Notes: generated by a model from the sequence alone, not told the origin. A stretch of DNA of 64,000 nt from an uncultured Acidimicrobiales bacterium (GCA_938038815.1 CALHTF010000004.1:6824-70823), one strand, 5' to 3'; counted from the stretch's first letter, positions 36,511 to 46,760 are shown. Numbers and translations: made by a program.

Positions 36511-37335
36511 TTATTCGGGTGGGGCGACGAAGTCGATGAGCTGTTCGACCGCGCCGATAAGGGGGGCTTCGAGGTCGCGGTAGCTGGCGACGTTGTTGCG
36601 TAACTGTTTCCAGTAGGCGCCACTCGTGCCCGAGAACCCGACCCGGTCGAGAATGCCTTGCTTCCACGACTCGTTCATCGGGACATCGGGCCACCGGTCG
36701 ATTCCGGCCGCCGCCGGTTTGATGCCCTGCCAGACATCGACGTACGGGTGCCCGCAGATCAACACGTCGGGGTGGTCGATCGTCGCGGCGATGCGAGTCT
36801 CTTTGGAGCCCTCGACAAAGTGGTCGACCAAGATCCCCAGTCGTCGCCGCGGGCCAGGCCCAAAGGAGCGAACGATCGCCTCGAGGTCATCGAGACCGTC
36901 CATTGGCTGCACCACGATTCCCTCGATGCGAAGGTCGTCGCCCCACACATGTTCGATCAGTTCGGCGTCGTGAATGCCTTCGACATAGATCCGGCTCGCC
37001 CGAGCCATGCGGGCCGGTACGTCGCCCAGATCGACCGAACCCGATGCGGTGAACGTGGGGGCTTTGGAAACCGCCGCGGCTTTGGGCGGTGGCGTGAGTT
37101 CGACGAGCGTTCCGTCGACCTCGAAGGCACCTGGGCGGAGCCGGAAGGCGTGGTCGCGTCCCGCGCCGTCGCGCATGATGAGTTGGGGCGGCGCGTACCG
37201 CACGACCGTCCCGTGGGTGCCGGTGGCTTGATGGGTGAGTACGAGCCCGGTCGCCGCGGCGCGCTTGGGGTACTCGCGTCCGCGTTTGGGAGGAGCGTCG
37301 GCGTCGAGCGGGCCGGAGAGAATGCCACCAGTCAT
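36511..37335 (-). CDS. Conserved actinobacterial protein, DUF3097-like
   Basis: 274 aa. IYVEGIHDAELIEHVWGDDLRIEGIVVQPMDGLDDL matches my memory of DUF3097 proteins. Family assignment not verified. Confidence 0.5.
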   Translation of the reverse strand: MTGGILSGPLDADAPPKRGREYPKRAAATGLVLTHQATGTHGTVVRYAPPQLIMRDGAGRDHAFRLRPGAFEVDGTLVELTPPPKAAAVSKAPTFTASGSVDLGDVPARMARASRIYVEGIHDAELIEHVWGDDLRIEGIVVQPMDGLDDLEAIVRSFGPGPRRRLGILVDHFVEGSKETRIAATIDHPDVLICGHPYVDVWQGIKPAAAGIDRWPDVPMNESWKQGILDRVGFSGTSGAYWKQLRNNVASYRDLEAPLIGAVEQLIDFVAPPE

Positions 37336-37430
37336 GCCCGAAACGCTACCGGCGAAATGAGCCGTGGCGACCCTTTCGTGTACGTTCGCTCCATCGAGTC
37401 CGTAGAGCGCCGCACAGGGGGCAGACAGTT

Positions 37431-38438
37431 ATGAAGCTCGGATACATCTGGGGTTATTGGGGAGCGCAGCCGCCGACCGAATTGGTCGAACTCACCAAGA
37501 CGGTGGAGGACCTAGGCTTCGACACGGTCTGGACCGCCGAATCGTGGGGCTCGGACTGCTTTAGTCCGCTCGCCTATCTGGCCGGCTTCACCGATCGCAT
37601 CAAGCTCGGGACCTCGATCGTGCAGATGGCGGCCCGCACCCCAACCGCCACGGCCATGCACGCCATGACCCTCGATCACTTATCGGGAGGGCGGGTCGTG
37701 TTGGGTCTCGGCGTGTCGGGTCCCCAAGTTGTCGAGGGCTGGTACGGCCAGCCATCGAACCGGCCGCTGGCTCGAACGCGCGAGTACGTATCGATCGTGC
37801 GCGCCGCGCTGGCGCGCGAGGAGCACCTGTCGTTCGACGGCGAGTACTACCAACATCCCTATAACGGCGAAGGCAGCGTCGGGCTCGGCAAACCGCTCAA
37901 GATCATGACCCACCCAATCCGGTCGGAGATCCCGATCTTTATCGGTGCCGAGGGGCCAAAGAACGTGACCCAAACCGCCGAGATCGCCGATGGCTGGTTG
38001 CCGCTGTATTACTCGCCGTATCGCCAAGAGGTGTACGCCGACCAGATCGCCAACGCCAAGGATGGCTTTGAGATCGCCGTGAACATCAGCGTGAATGTCA
38101 CCGACACGGTCGAAGAGGGCCTGTTACCGGTGAAGGGGTTTTTGGCGTTCTACATCGGCGGCATGGGCGCAAAGGGGCAGAACTATCACACCAAGTTGAT
38201 GTCGCGGATGGGCTTTGAGGACGAAGCGCTCAAGATCCAGGAGCTGTTTATGTCGGGCAAACGCGATGAAGCGGTGCTTGCGGTGCCCGATGAGTTCGCC
38301 GACGAGATCAGTCTGGTTGGGCCAATCGAGCGGATCGCTGAACGACTCGATGCGTGGCGAGACAGCCCGGTGACCATGCTCAACCTGTCGAACCGAGACC
38401 CAGAGATCCTCAAGAAGATCGCCGATATAGCGCTGTAA
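37431..38438 (+). CDS. LLM-class (probably F420-dependent) oxidoreductase
   Basis: 335 aa with a luciferase-like pattern: FDTVWTAESWGSD, GGRVVLGLGVSGPQVVEGWYG and IGAEGPKN. Confidence 0.75.
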   Translation: MKLGYIWGYWGAQPPTELVELTKTVEDLGFDTVWTAESWGSDCFSPLAYLAGFTDRIKLGTSIVQMAARTPTATAMHAMTLDHLSGGRVVLGLGVSGPQVVEGWYGQPSNRPLARTREYVSIVRAALAREEHLSFDGEYYQHPYNGEGSVGLGKPLKIMTHPIRSEIPIFIGAEGPKNVTQTAEIADGWLPLYYSPYRQEVYADQIANAKDGFEIAVNISVNVTDTVEEGLLPVKGFLAFYIGGMGAKGQNYHTKLMSRMGFEDEALKIQELFMSGKRDEAVLAVPDEFADEISLVGPIERIAERLDAWRDSPVTMLNLSNRDPEILKKIADIAL

Positions 38439-38469
38439 ACGCAGAGCACCCGCAGAGAGAAACCTCGGA

Positions 38470-38490
38470 GCGAGTTGCTGCGCAACTCGC
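38470..38490. terminator. Hairpin between convergent genes
   Basis: GCGAGTTGC-tgc-GCAACTCGC, a perfect 9-bp stem with a 3-nt loop. No U-tract. Confidence 0.4.
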
Positions 38491-38505
38491 CCCCCAAATG
38501 CCCAA

Positions 38506-39681
38506 CTACCGGACCTTCGCGCCGCAGCTGATGGTGGTTTCGTCGGCCGTGGAGGTTTCGGTGGTCCAGGTTTCTTCGCCGAGACCGAGACGACAGGTGG
38601 CTTCGCCGCTGGCGGGCTCGAGGTTCTCGACTCGCACGACGACTTCGTCGTCGCGTTGTAGGTCGGCGAGGGCCACGGTTACGGGTAGCTCTCGGGCCTT
38701 GAACTGCTGGATGACCTCTCCATCGACCGAGATCTCCACTCGAATCTGGTCGCTGGTGCCCGTGAGTTCCACGAACGGCTTCTCCAAGCTCACACCCGAC
38801 ACTCGGGCGTCGATCGTTTCGGGGCCGGCGAGCCAGGGCACCATCACGGCGGCTGCGGCGGCGAGCAGTACTGCGGTGCCGACCGCAGCGCGGGGGCCGT
38901 TGCGCACGTCGATGGTCTTGGGGTTGGGGCGAAGGTCGATGTCGTCGTCGAGGGGCAACGAGTCGTTGGCCACTTCGACCATGCCGCGTTCTTCACGGAC
39001 ATATTCGAGGTTCAAGTTTCCTTGCCACAGCGTCGTGTCGCTGTAGAGGGCGTTCTTGAGCTTGGCGCCATCGAGGTCGGCGCCTCGAAGGTCAGCGCCG
39101 CGCAGGTCGGCGCCGCGGAGATCGGCGTCGCACAGCAGCGCGAATCGCAGATCGGAGTTGCGCAGGTCGGCTTGGTTGAGGTCGGCGGCGACGAGTTGGG
39201 CCGAGCGTAGGTCGATGAACGCACAGTTCGAGAGGCGCAGCGAAGCGCGGGTCATGTCAGCGCCTCGGGCGACCACGTGGCGCATGTCGGCTTTGTCGAA
39301 TACCGACTCGACGAGCCCCGACTCGCTGAAGCGACTGTGGGCGAGATTGCATCCGACAAACACCTGACCGTGGAGGTCGCGTCCGTCGAGTTCTTGGTTA
39401 CGAAGATCTCGGCCGACGAGGGCCAGTTGGTTCACTTCGCTGGTGTCGTCCTGGGTGTAGTTGCGGTTGACGAGCCATTCCGCCCAGAGGAATGGGCCAG
39501 CGACCAACGCGGCGGTGAGCATTGCTTGGCCAATGGTCTGGACCCGTCCGGGCGAACCTTGGGTGAGCAGCAACAAGCCAACAAAACCAACGGCGACGAC
39601 GAGCCCCGCGGCGAGTGGCCACGTGGTGCGTCCTTGCACGTCGTTATTGGACCCGTTTCCGGGGGTGTCCTGCGGTCCCAT
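38506..39681 (-). CDS. Membrane-anchored pentapeptide-repeat protein
   Basis: Two N-terminal TM helices, then a long pentapeptide-repeat run (…ADLNQADLRNSDLRFALLCDADLRGADLRGADLRGADLDGAKL…), a third TM (AVGTAVLLAAAAAVMVPWLAG) and a C-terminal domain of about 100 aa. Confidence 0.8.
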   Translation of the reverse strand: MGPQDTPGNGSNNDVQGRTTWPLAAGLVVAVGFVGLLLLTQGSPGRVQTIGQAMLTAALVAGPFLWAEWLVNRNYTQDDTSEVNQLALVGRDLRNQELDGRDLHGQVFVGCNLAHSRFSESGLVESVFDKADMRHVVARGADMTRASLRLSNCAFIDLRSAQLVAADLNQADLRNSDLRFALLCDADLRGADLRGADLRGADLDGAKLKNALYSDTTLWQGNLNLEYVREERGMVEVANDSLPLDDDIDLRPNPKTIDVRNGPRAAVGTAVLLAAAAAVMVPWLAGPETIDARVSGVSLEKPFVELTGTSDQIRVEISVDGEVIQQFKARELPVTVALADLQRDDEVVVRVENLEPASGEATCRLGLGEETWTTETSTADETTISCGAKVR

Positions 39682-39842
39682 TACCCAGCCTTCGGCACCT
39701 CGGGCGCCTTTGTGAGGGTTTGCGAATGGGGTTTCGGGGCTGAGGTTTACCGCTCAGTAGTGCGCACTTGGGCATTTCCGCTTGGGATTTCGATCGTTCT
39801 AGGGTCGAGGAAACTCGCCGATGTCTCTGAGGATGTACCACC

Positions 39843-41024
39843 GTGCCCAAACTCGATTTCACCGCCTTCGACGCCGACAACCACTACTACGAAGCTGAAG
39901 ATGCGTTCACCCGCCACATCGACCCAAAGATGGCGCGGCGGGCGATGCAGTGGGCCGAGATCGATGGTCGCAAACGGTTACTCGTCGCGGGCAAGATCAA
40001 CCGCTTCATTCCGAACCCCACCTTCGATCCGGTAGCTCGACCCGGGTGTCTCGACGATTACTTCCGAGCCAAGACCGCGGTGAAGGACATACGCGAGGCG
40101 TTCGGCGAACTCGAACCGATCAGCGCTGCATATCGAAATCGCGACGCCCGCATCGCGCTGCTCGACGAACAAGGGGTCGACGGAACCTTCCTGTTTCCCA
40201 CGCTGGGCGTAGGGATGGAGACCGCGCTCGAGACCGATGTCGAGGCCATGTCGGCGGCGTTCACGGCGTTTAACCGGTGGCTCGACGACGATTGGGGATT
40301 CTCCTACCAGGACCGGCTCTTCTCGGCCGGATACATCTCGCTCGCCGATCCCGACTGGGCGAACGACGAACTCGAGTACCTCCTCGGCCAAGGTGCACGG
40401 CTGATCAACCTGCGGGCCGGCTCGGTGCTGGGGTTCGACGGCGAACGTCGATCGCTCGGCCACCCTCGCCACGCAGCGTTCTGGAAGAAGGTGAACGACT
40501 CGGGTATCACGGTTGCTTTCCATTCCGGCGATTCGGGCTATTCGTTCATGGCCGGTCACTGGGGACTCGACAACGAATTTGAGGCGTTTCGGTACTCGCC
40601 GCTGAAATCATTGCTCACGAGTTCGCCGATCAGCGACGCGATGGCCTCGTTGTTGGCCGAAGGCGTGTTGGCCGAAAACCCTAAAATTCGGGTAGTCACG
40701 GTCGAAACCGGGTCGTCGTGGGTTCGGCCGTTGTTCCAAAAACTGGCCAAGACCTTCGGCCAACAAGCGCACGCCTTCGCCGAGGACCCCATCGAGACGT
40801 TCCGGCGCCAGATCTGGGTTGCGCCCTACTACGAAGACGATCTGTTCGAACTTCGTGACCTCATCGGTGCCGATCGCATGCTTTTTGGCTCCGATTTCCC
40901 TCACGCTGAGGGTTTGGCCGACCCGGTGGCGTTCATCGATGACCTCGACGGATTCGACGACGCCGAAATCAAGCTGATCATGAAGTCCAATGGCGAGGCA
41001 CTGGTGAAACCCGCCAGCGGCTAA
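39843..41024 (+). CDS. Amidohydrolase-2 family (ACMSD-like) metal-dependent hydrolase
   Basis: 393 aa with FDADNHYYE near the N-terminus, VAFHSGDSG and MLFGSDFPHAEG near the C-terminus. Confidence 0.7.
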   Translation: MPKLDFTAFDADNHYYEAEDAFTRHIDPKMARRAMQWAEIDGRKRLLVAGKINRFIPNPTFDPVARPGCLDDYFRAKTAVKDIREAFGELEPISAAYRNRDARIALLDEQGVDGTFLFPTLGVGMETALETDVEAMSAAFTAFNRWLDDDWGFSYQDRLFSAGYISLADPDWANDELEYLLGQGARLINLRAGSVLGFDGERRSLGHPRHAAFWKKVNDSGITVAFHSGDSGYSFMAGHWGLDNEFEAFRYSPLKSLLTSSPISDAMASLLAEGVLAENPKIRVVTVETGSSWVRPLFQKLAKTFGQQAHAFAEDPIETFRRQIWVAPYYEDDLFELRDLIGADRMLFGSDFPHAEGLADPVAFIDDLDGFDDAEIKLIMKSNGEALVKPASG

Positions 41025-41063
41025 TCATCTACAGATTTGGCGAAATTCTGCCGATAACCGGGT

Positions 41064-44000
41064 ATGTCTTTGCTGCCCAACAGCACCAGATTTTCTCTTC
41101 GTTTCACTGCGGCGGCAACGATTCAGTCAGCCGATGAAGCTGCGCTCGAAGCGCTTGGCTTTTCCCAAGACGAACTTGTCGATCGCGGGCTCGGTCTCCT
41201 GCACCCCAGCGATCGCCCGGTCGTCGGAGGGTTTCTCAAGGCCTTGCGTACCAGCCGCGACCAATCGACGTTCCCCGACCCGATCGAGGTTCGCTTCTTC
41301 GCGGCCGACGGCGCCATCGTCGTTTGCACCGCGACCGGCATCAACCGTCTCGACGACGACGCGACGCTCGAGTTGGCCTGTGTGGTGGGCGGGGCCGACG
41401 ACGGGTCCGAGACTCCCGACGAAACCCTGCACCCCGCAGCCGACTTCGAACCGATCGATCCGCCGCTCCCCAACGACATCGGCATCTTGTTGCGCGACAA
41501 CGACGTCATCGACATGGCGACCGGCCCGGTCCAGGCCAAGCTTGGCTGCCACCCCGACACGCTCATCGGGCTTCACCTGTGGGAGTTGGTTCACGACGAC
41601 GACGAACCAGCGTTTCGCGATCACCTAAGCGAGCTCGATGAGTCGGCGGTCGGAACCCACGCCCACTACGGCGAACTTCGGTTCGTCTCGCCCGAGGGTC
41701 ACGACCATGTCGTCGATGCCGTGGTGCTGGTTCGCCCTTCAGGACTCGTGGTTCGCGCTCGAGAAGTCGAGGCGGGGTCGTCTTCTCTCGATACCGACCT
41801 CGGCGACGTTCGCGTCGACGCCGCCGTCGTGTTTGTCGACGAGGAGTTTTCGGTCACCTATGTGAGCGACTCGTTCGCGTCGGTCACGGGTCGAGCGGCC
41901 ACCGGATCGATTGGCGTCGAGCTGATGTCGGTCGTGCACCCGATCGACCGGCCGTACGTGCAACAACGACTCGAACAGCCGGCGCTCGACGGCGAGATCC
42001 ATGGCTTTGTTCGGATTCTCGCCGACGACGGCACCTGGGGCTGGTTTGAGGTTCTTGGACGGAACTATCTCGACGACCCGACGGTCGGCCAGATCGCCCT
42101 GCATGTCACTCCGGCCGAGACGGCTGCGCCGTCGCCCGCAGACTGGGCGGGCCAACGGGGTTCGTTCAGCACCGACATCGACGGCGCAGTGTGTTTCGTA
42201 AACGCTCGCCTGCTCGACGTTGTGGGGCCACCCGAGGCCCATTCGCCCCAGTGGCAAGCCCTGCTCGAGACCGACGAGGACGGCGTTGGCGAAATCGTGG
42301 CTGTCGATGTGCCGGGGGCCACCAAACGGTTCCTTCGCAGCCGAGTTCGTGAGGTGTACGGCACCTCGGGTGAGGTAACCGGCACGGTTGGCGTGGTCAC
42401 CGATGTCACCCGGTTCGTCGTTCATGGCGATCTGCCCGAGCCGATCGACACCGCCGATGGTGGGTCGGTCATCGTGCTCGAACAGCGGGTCCTCGAGGGC
42501 AACGGCGATGACGAGTTCGGCGCGACCGAAACCGTTCAGGTGCAGTTCTTGTCGGCCGACCTCGCGCAATTCGTTGGCAACCCCGATCTCCCGAGTCCGC
42601 TGGCCGATGTCTTCACCCCCAAAACCGCCTTGGCCGTGAAGTCGCTGATCTGGCCGTCGCTCACCAGCGACGGTTCGTGGGCAGGCAAGCTGTGGCTTCG
42701 TTCTGCCCGGGGCGCGGCGACCCCGTTCCAGGCGGAGTTCCATGGGGTCGGCGAGGCCAGCACCTATTCGGCGCTCGTCGCGTCGGGGGTCATCACCGGT
42801 ATCGACGCCCCGACCGGCGAGCTCGGCGACATGGGTCTCGATCGTCAGACACTCCTGCTGAGCGGCGCGCCACTCAAGCGCCGGCTCGAACGAGCGCTCG
42901 CTCGTACCGTGGGTGGCAACGCCATGGTCGCCCTCGCCCTGATCGGCGTCGACAGCATCGAACCGGTCGGACTCGGCCGTCCGAACGCCCCGACCCCCTT
43001 TCTCAATCCGGCCGACCGCGCGTTGCTCGAGAACCAGGTTGCCGACCGGCTTACCAGCGCGTGTCGCCACGATGAGATTGCGGCTCGGATCAGCGACGAG
43101 CACTATGCCGTGCTTTCGCAGCGTCTGGGCGACGATATCGATGTCGCCCACCTCACCACCCGTTTAGCCGCCGCACTCGAACCGGCATTCGCACTCGACG
43201 ACCCGGCTCGCTCGTATGAGCTCAGCTTCAGTGTTGGGGTTGCGTCGAGCATCGACGGTCGACGATCGTCCGACGAGTTGTTCCTCAGTGCCGACAACGC
43301 CTTGGCCGCCGCCCGAAATCGGGGCCGGACACGCGTGGTGGTCGCCGACTCGCGACCCCCAGTCGATATCGAGGCCCGCCAGGAACAAGAAGAGGCATTC
43401 CGTGCTGGTCTGCTCGCCGGCGAGATCGACAACGTGTACCAACCAATCGTCGCCCGAGACCAGATCGACGAGCCACCGCACCGCTACGAAGCGCTGGTGC
43501 GGTGGAACGGATCCGACGGCGCGGTTCGAGGGGCCCGTGAGGTTCTCGAACTAGCCAACCGGTTGAACTTGGCTGCCGCGGTTGGCCACCGAGTCGCCGA
43601 CCGGGCACTCGACTTCATGGCGACCGAACAACGCGCCTCCGGCCGGACCCTCGACATGAACATCAACCTCGGCCGGGCGCAGCTGTATGAGCGGGGCTTC
43701 GTCTCGCGCCTCGATGCTTTGCTGCGGTTGTACGACGTGTCGTCGTCGCAGCTCGCGGTCGAACTCTCCGAAACGTTGGTCGTTTCGGCGCTACCCGAAG
43801 CCGAGCGTCTGTTTGGCCAACTGAGCGAGATCGGTGTGCGGGTCGTGGTCGACGATGTCGTCGGTCGACTCTTCGCCGCCGGTGGTCGGGCCTCGACCGC
43901 ATTGGCGGGGGTGGCCGACATGAAGCTCGATCGACGCTTGGTCGAAGGGGTCGGTAGGAACGCCGCCGACACGTCGCAGGTTGCTGGGCTGCTCGCCCGG

Positions 44001-44192
44001 GCCCGCGAACATCACATCTCGGTCACGGCGGTTGGCGTGGCGACTGGCCGCCAGTCGACGTTGCTCGCCGACCTGGGGTGCGATTCGTTGCAAGGGTTCT
44101 TGATCGCCCGGCCCGCCTCGGCGGCCGAACTGACCCTCGCCCCACGATTGTCGCTGGTTGCCAACGAGGAGCCGGAGGCCGGCGTCGCCTAG
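41064..44192 (+). CDS. Cytoplasmic multi-PAS sensor with a degenerate GGDEF domain and an EAL domain
   Basis: 1042 aa with no TM segment. Several PAS-like segments. The GGDEF-like domain reads ARISDEHYAVL at the GGDEF position. The EAL domain has YQPIV...RYEALVRW, NINLG, VELSET and MKLDRRLV, but DDVVGR (family DDFGTG) and TAVGVA (family AEGVE). Confidence 0.8.
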   Translation: MSLLPNSTRFSLRFTAAATIQSADEAALEALGFSQDELVDRGLGLLHPSDRPVVGGFLKALRTSRDQSTFPDPIEVRFFAADGAIVVCTATGINRLDDDATLELACVVGGADDGSETPDETLHPAADFEPIDPPLPNDIGILLRDNDVIDMATGPVQAKLGCHPDTLIGLHLWELVHDDDEPAFRDHLSELDESAVGTHAHYGELRFVSPEGHDHVVDAVVLVRPSGLVVRAREVEAGSSSLDTDLGDVRVDAAVVFVDEEFSVTYVSDSFASVTGRAATGSIGVELMSVVHPIDRPYVQQRLEQPALDGEIHGFVRILADDGTWGWFEVLGRNYLDDPTVGQIALHVTPAETAAPSPADWAGQRGSFSTDIDGAVCFVNARLLDVVGPPEAHSPQWQALLETDEDGVGEIVAVDVPGATKRFLRSRVREVYGTSGEVTGTVGVVTDVTRFVVHGDLPEPIDTADGGSVIVLEQRVLEGNGDDEFGATETVQVQFLSADLAQFVGNPDLPSPLADVFTPKTALAVKSLIWPSLTSDGSWAGKLWLRSARGAATPFQAEFHGVGEASTYSALVASGVITGIDAPTGELGDMGLDRQTLLLSGAPLKRRLERALARTVGGNAMVALALIGVDSIEPVGLGRPNAPTPFLNPADRALLENQVADRLTSACRHDEIAARISDEHYAVLSQRLGDDIDVAHLTTRLAAALEPAFALDDPARSYELSFSVGVASSIDGRRSSDELFLSADNALAAARNRGRTRVVVADSRPPVDIEARQEQEEAFRAGLLAGEIDNVYQPIVARDQIDEPPHRYEALVRWNGSDGAVRGAREVLELANRLNLAAAVGHRVADRALDFMATEQRASGRTLDMNINLGRAQLYERGFVSRLDALLRLYDVSSSQLAVELSETLVVSALPEAERLFGQLSEIGVRVVVDDVVGRLFAAGGRASTALAGVADMKLDRRLVEGVGRNAADTSQVAGLLARAREHHISVTAVGVATGRQSTLLADLGCDSLQGFLIARPASAAELTLAPRLSLVANEEPEAGVA

Positions 44193-44224
44193 TCCGTTGA
44201 CGGGCCGCTGTCTTTACTTCTTCA

Positions 44225-44512
44225 TCACTTCTTCATCCAGGGAAGCTTTTTGCGAGCGTGCGCGTGGTAGTGCTCGGGGATCTGGCGCATGTTGTCGTCG
44301 AGGAACCAGTCGTCGTGGCCAAAGATCCGATCGCCGACCTTCGCTAGCTCGGCCTGCATGTGAACCACGGCGTCGTCGGGCGGCACCACGCCGTGGTCTC
44401 GCCACACCACCATCGGCACCGAGCAGGCTTCGCACTCGGCGATCCAGCAGGTGTCGTCCTCGTGGTACCACTCGGTGAGGCGGGCGGCCTCGCATAGTTC
44501 GCAGTTGGCCAT
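44225..44512 (-). CDS. Small Cys-rich (CxxC ... CxxxxCxxC) conserved hypothetical protein
   Basis: MANCELCEAARLTEWYHEDDTCWIAECEACSVPMVVW... The track ORF starts 8 codons earlier at a TTG (44536). Confidence 0.5.
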   Translation of the reverse strand: MANCELCEAARLTEWYHEDDTCWIAECEACSVPMVVWRDHGVVPPDDAVVHMQAELAKVGDRIFGHDDWFLDDNMRQIPEHYHAHARKKLPWMKK

Positions 44513-44574
44513 CGGGTCAGGGTAGTCGTCGCACAATCCACCCGTTCGCCACCCCGGTTTGGGAAGCTCTCACG

Positions 44575-45720
44575 GTGAGTGAGCTAAGCACCCCTGTCCG
44601 CGCGATCGACCGAGCGGCGATACGAGTGGTGCTGCCCATCCTCGATCGGTATGCAACCGAACCGCTGCGGATCCGTAACGAATTCAATGATGGATTCGGT
44701 GCTGGGGGCACAACCGACTCGATCGAAATCGGCCTCGGGTTCGCTCGGGGCGAGGACCCAGGTCCGGAGTTTGTCGTTCGTCACCCGGCGGTCTGGCGGG
44801 CTATCGCCCGCCGCGGCCTCGGCGCCCTGGGTTCGAGTTACGCCGACGGATGGTGGACCACCAGCGACCTTGAAGGGGTCGTGCGGTTCTTTGTGGCGCT
44901 GGTCGAGGAAATGCCCTCGGCGCCCAACGTCGACCCCATCACCCGCCGCCTGCGGGCAGCCGCACCCGCCCCGCCAGGACTCGGCGCCGGCGACCCAGCA
45001 CTGCTTGGCCATATTCTCGATAAAACCATGTTCGACGGAACCGCCCGATACGAACCCGGCACCAACGACCTCTACCAGGCCACCCTGGCCCGCTTTGGCA
45101 ATGTGTGCGATTCGCTCGATATCCAACCCGACGACCGCATTCTGGAGCTGGGCACTGGCTGGGGCGCGTTCGCGTTGTACGCCGCTCGGGTTCGCCGCTG
45201 CGAAGTGGTGTCGGTTGCGTCGTCAGAAACCGAAGCCACATTCGCCCGTCAGCGACTCGCGAACGCCGGTCTCACCGACCAGGTCGAGATCCAGGTGGGC
45301 GGCATTGAGTCGATCACCGAACAGTTCACCAAGATCGTTTCGCTCAACTCAAGTGTGTGGTCTTCGGGGCCGCGAATGCTGGCCGAAGCGGTCGACTCGT
45401 TGATGGAACCGGGCGGACACGGGCTGGTGATCACCCATGTCGCCGGACCCGAAGGTGTGGCAACCGGTCCGAATCGACCCACGCTCGCCGACCTGTCGAA
45501 GTCGTTTGGGCGACACCGGATTCGCAAGCTCACCGAACTGGCCGACGACGACATCCGCAGTACGAGCCACCGCATCTCGAATCTCGCCGCCAGTCAGGAG
45601 ACCCTCGATCGAGCGGGCTACACCGAACCGGTGATCCGGGCTCGGCGCTTCGATCTCGTGCGCGACAAAGTTCTTGCCGAACGCCTAGCGATCCGGGCGA
45701 TCGAACTCCAGATTCGTTAG
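44575..45720 (+). CDS. Cyclopropane-fatty-acyl-phospholipid synthase-like SAM-dependent methyltransferase
   Basis: 381 aa. SAM motif ILELGTGWGAFALYAA, and the overall layout resembles CFA/mycolic-acid methyltransferase-family proteins. Confidence 0.65.
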   Translation: MSELSTPVRAIDRAAIRVVLPILDRYATEPLRIRNEFNDGFGAGGTTDSIEIGLGFARGEDPGPEFVVRHPAVWRAIARRGLGALGSSYADGWWTTSDLEGVVRFFVALVEEMPSAPNVDPITRRLRAAAPAPPGLGAGDPALLGHILDKTMFDGTARYEPGTNDLYQATLARFGNVCDSLDIQPDDRILELGTGWGAFALYAARVRRCEVVSVASSETEATFARQRLANAGLTDQVEIQVGGIESITEQFTKIVSLNSSVWSSGPRMLAEAVDSLMEPGGHGLVITHVAGPEGVATGPNRPTLADLSKSFGRHRIRKLTELADDDIRSTSHRISNLAASQETLDRAGYTEPVIRARRFDLVRDKVLAERLAIRAIELQIR

Positions 45721-45737
45721 CTACCCAGCTCCGACGC

Positions 45738-46760
45738 TCAACCTTGGGCGTGGCAGTCCGGGTCTTGACGATCGAGTTGTGGGGCGCGAGCCGGGTCGAT
45801 GGTTACCGGCAACATGCACGTAACCATGGCACCGTCGGGCGCGATCTCTAACCGGGCTATCGCTGAATCGGCATCGGCGGGTTCGCCCACCGGCCAGATG
45901 AAGTGACCCAAGCTCCAGAACACCGGCCGGTTATCGACCAAAGCAAAGGACTGCAAGCGGTGTGGACCATGGCCGACGATCGCATCGACTCCCGCGGCGA
46001 TGAGCATGTCGGCGTAGTCGCGGTCGCGACGTTCGGGGTCGCGATCGAGCGGGCGACCCCAGTGCACAGTGGCGATCACCAGATCGGCGTTCTCTCGCGC
46101 CGCAGCGACCGCGGCCTCGGCTTGTTCGGTCCGTTCGACCGCCGCCACGCCTGCCCGGTCGGGCTCGGCAAAGTTGGAGCCGATCGCCGTCATGGCCAGC
46201 ACGGCGATGCGCCAGCCGCCGGCCTCGATGATCGTGGGAGCGTAGGCCTCGTCGTCGTTCGTGCCACCGCCCACAACCAAAAGACCAGCGTCGGTCGCTG
46301 CGCCGATAGTGGTACGCAACGAGCGACGCCCCTGCAACGGCGCTTCGTCGTTGGCGACCGAAACCACATCGATCCCGATGGTACGTACATCGGTGAACTG
46401 GGCCCGATCACACAGCACGTTTTCTGGGCCGTCTTCGGCGGCCTCGTCGGGTTTGGCGGCGCAGGCCAGGTTGGCGATGGTCAGCGCGTCATTGGTGAAC
46501 AGCCCGGCCGCGCCACTCAGGGGCTTGTCGGCGCCGATAGCAAGGTCGGCCCGAGCCAGTACGTCGCCGACGGCGTGGATAACGACCCGTTCGAGCGGGC
46601 GCGGCGGTTTGTCGGGCACCACGACGATACGGGTCTCGAGCGATGGGTCGACCACCTCAAATCCCGCCTCACCAGCGCCCGAACAGGAGGCGGCGAGTAG
46701 CGCCAGGACTAACCCCAGCCAGATGGGCCAGGGCACAGTGCGCCCTGGCGAACCGTGCAT
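45738..46760 (-). CDS. CapA-family (metallophosphatase-fold) lipoprotein
   Basis: Signal/lipobox LLAASC, plus IHAVGDV, NLACA, SVANDEA, ATVHWG and GHGPHRLQ. The ATG overlaps the upstream stop (ATGA at 46760). Confidence 0.7.
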   Translation of the reverse strand: MHGSPGRTVPWPIWLGLVLALLAASCSGAGEAGFEVVDPSLETRIVVVPDKPPRPLERVVIHAVGDVLARADLAIGADKPLSGAAGLFTNDALTIANLACAAKPDEAAEDGPENVLCDRAQFTDVRTIGIDVVSVANDEAPLQGRRSLRTTIGAATDAGLLVVGGGTNDDEAYAPTIIEAGGWRIAVLAMTAIGSNFAEPDRAGVAAVERTEQAEAAVAAARENADLVIATVHWGRPLDRDPERRDRDYADMLIAAGVDAIVGHGPHRLQSFALVDNRPVFWSLGHFIWPVGEPADADSAIARLEIAPDGAMVTCMLPVTIDPARAPQLDRQDPDCHAQG

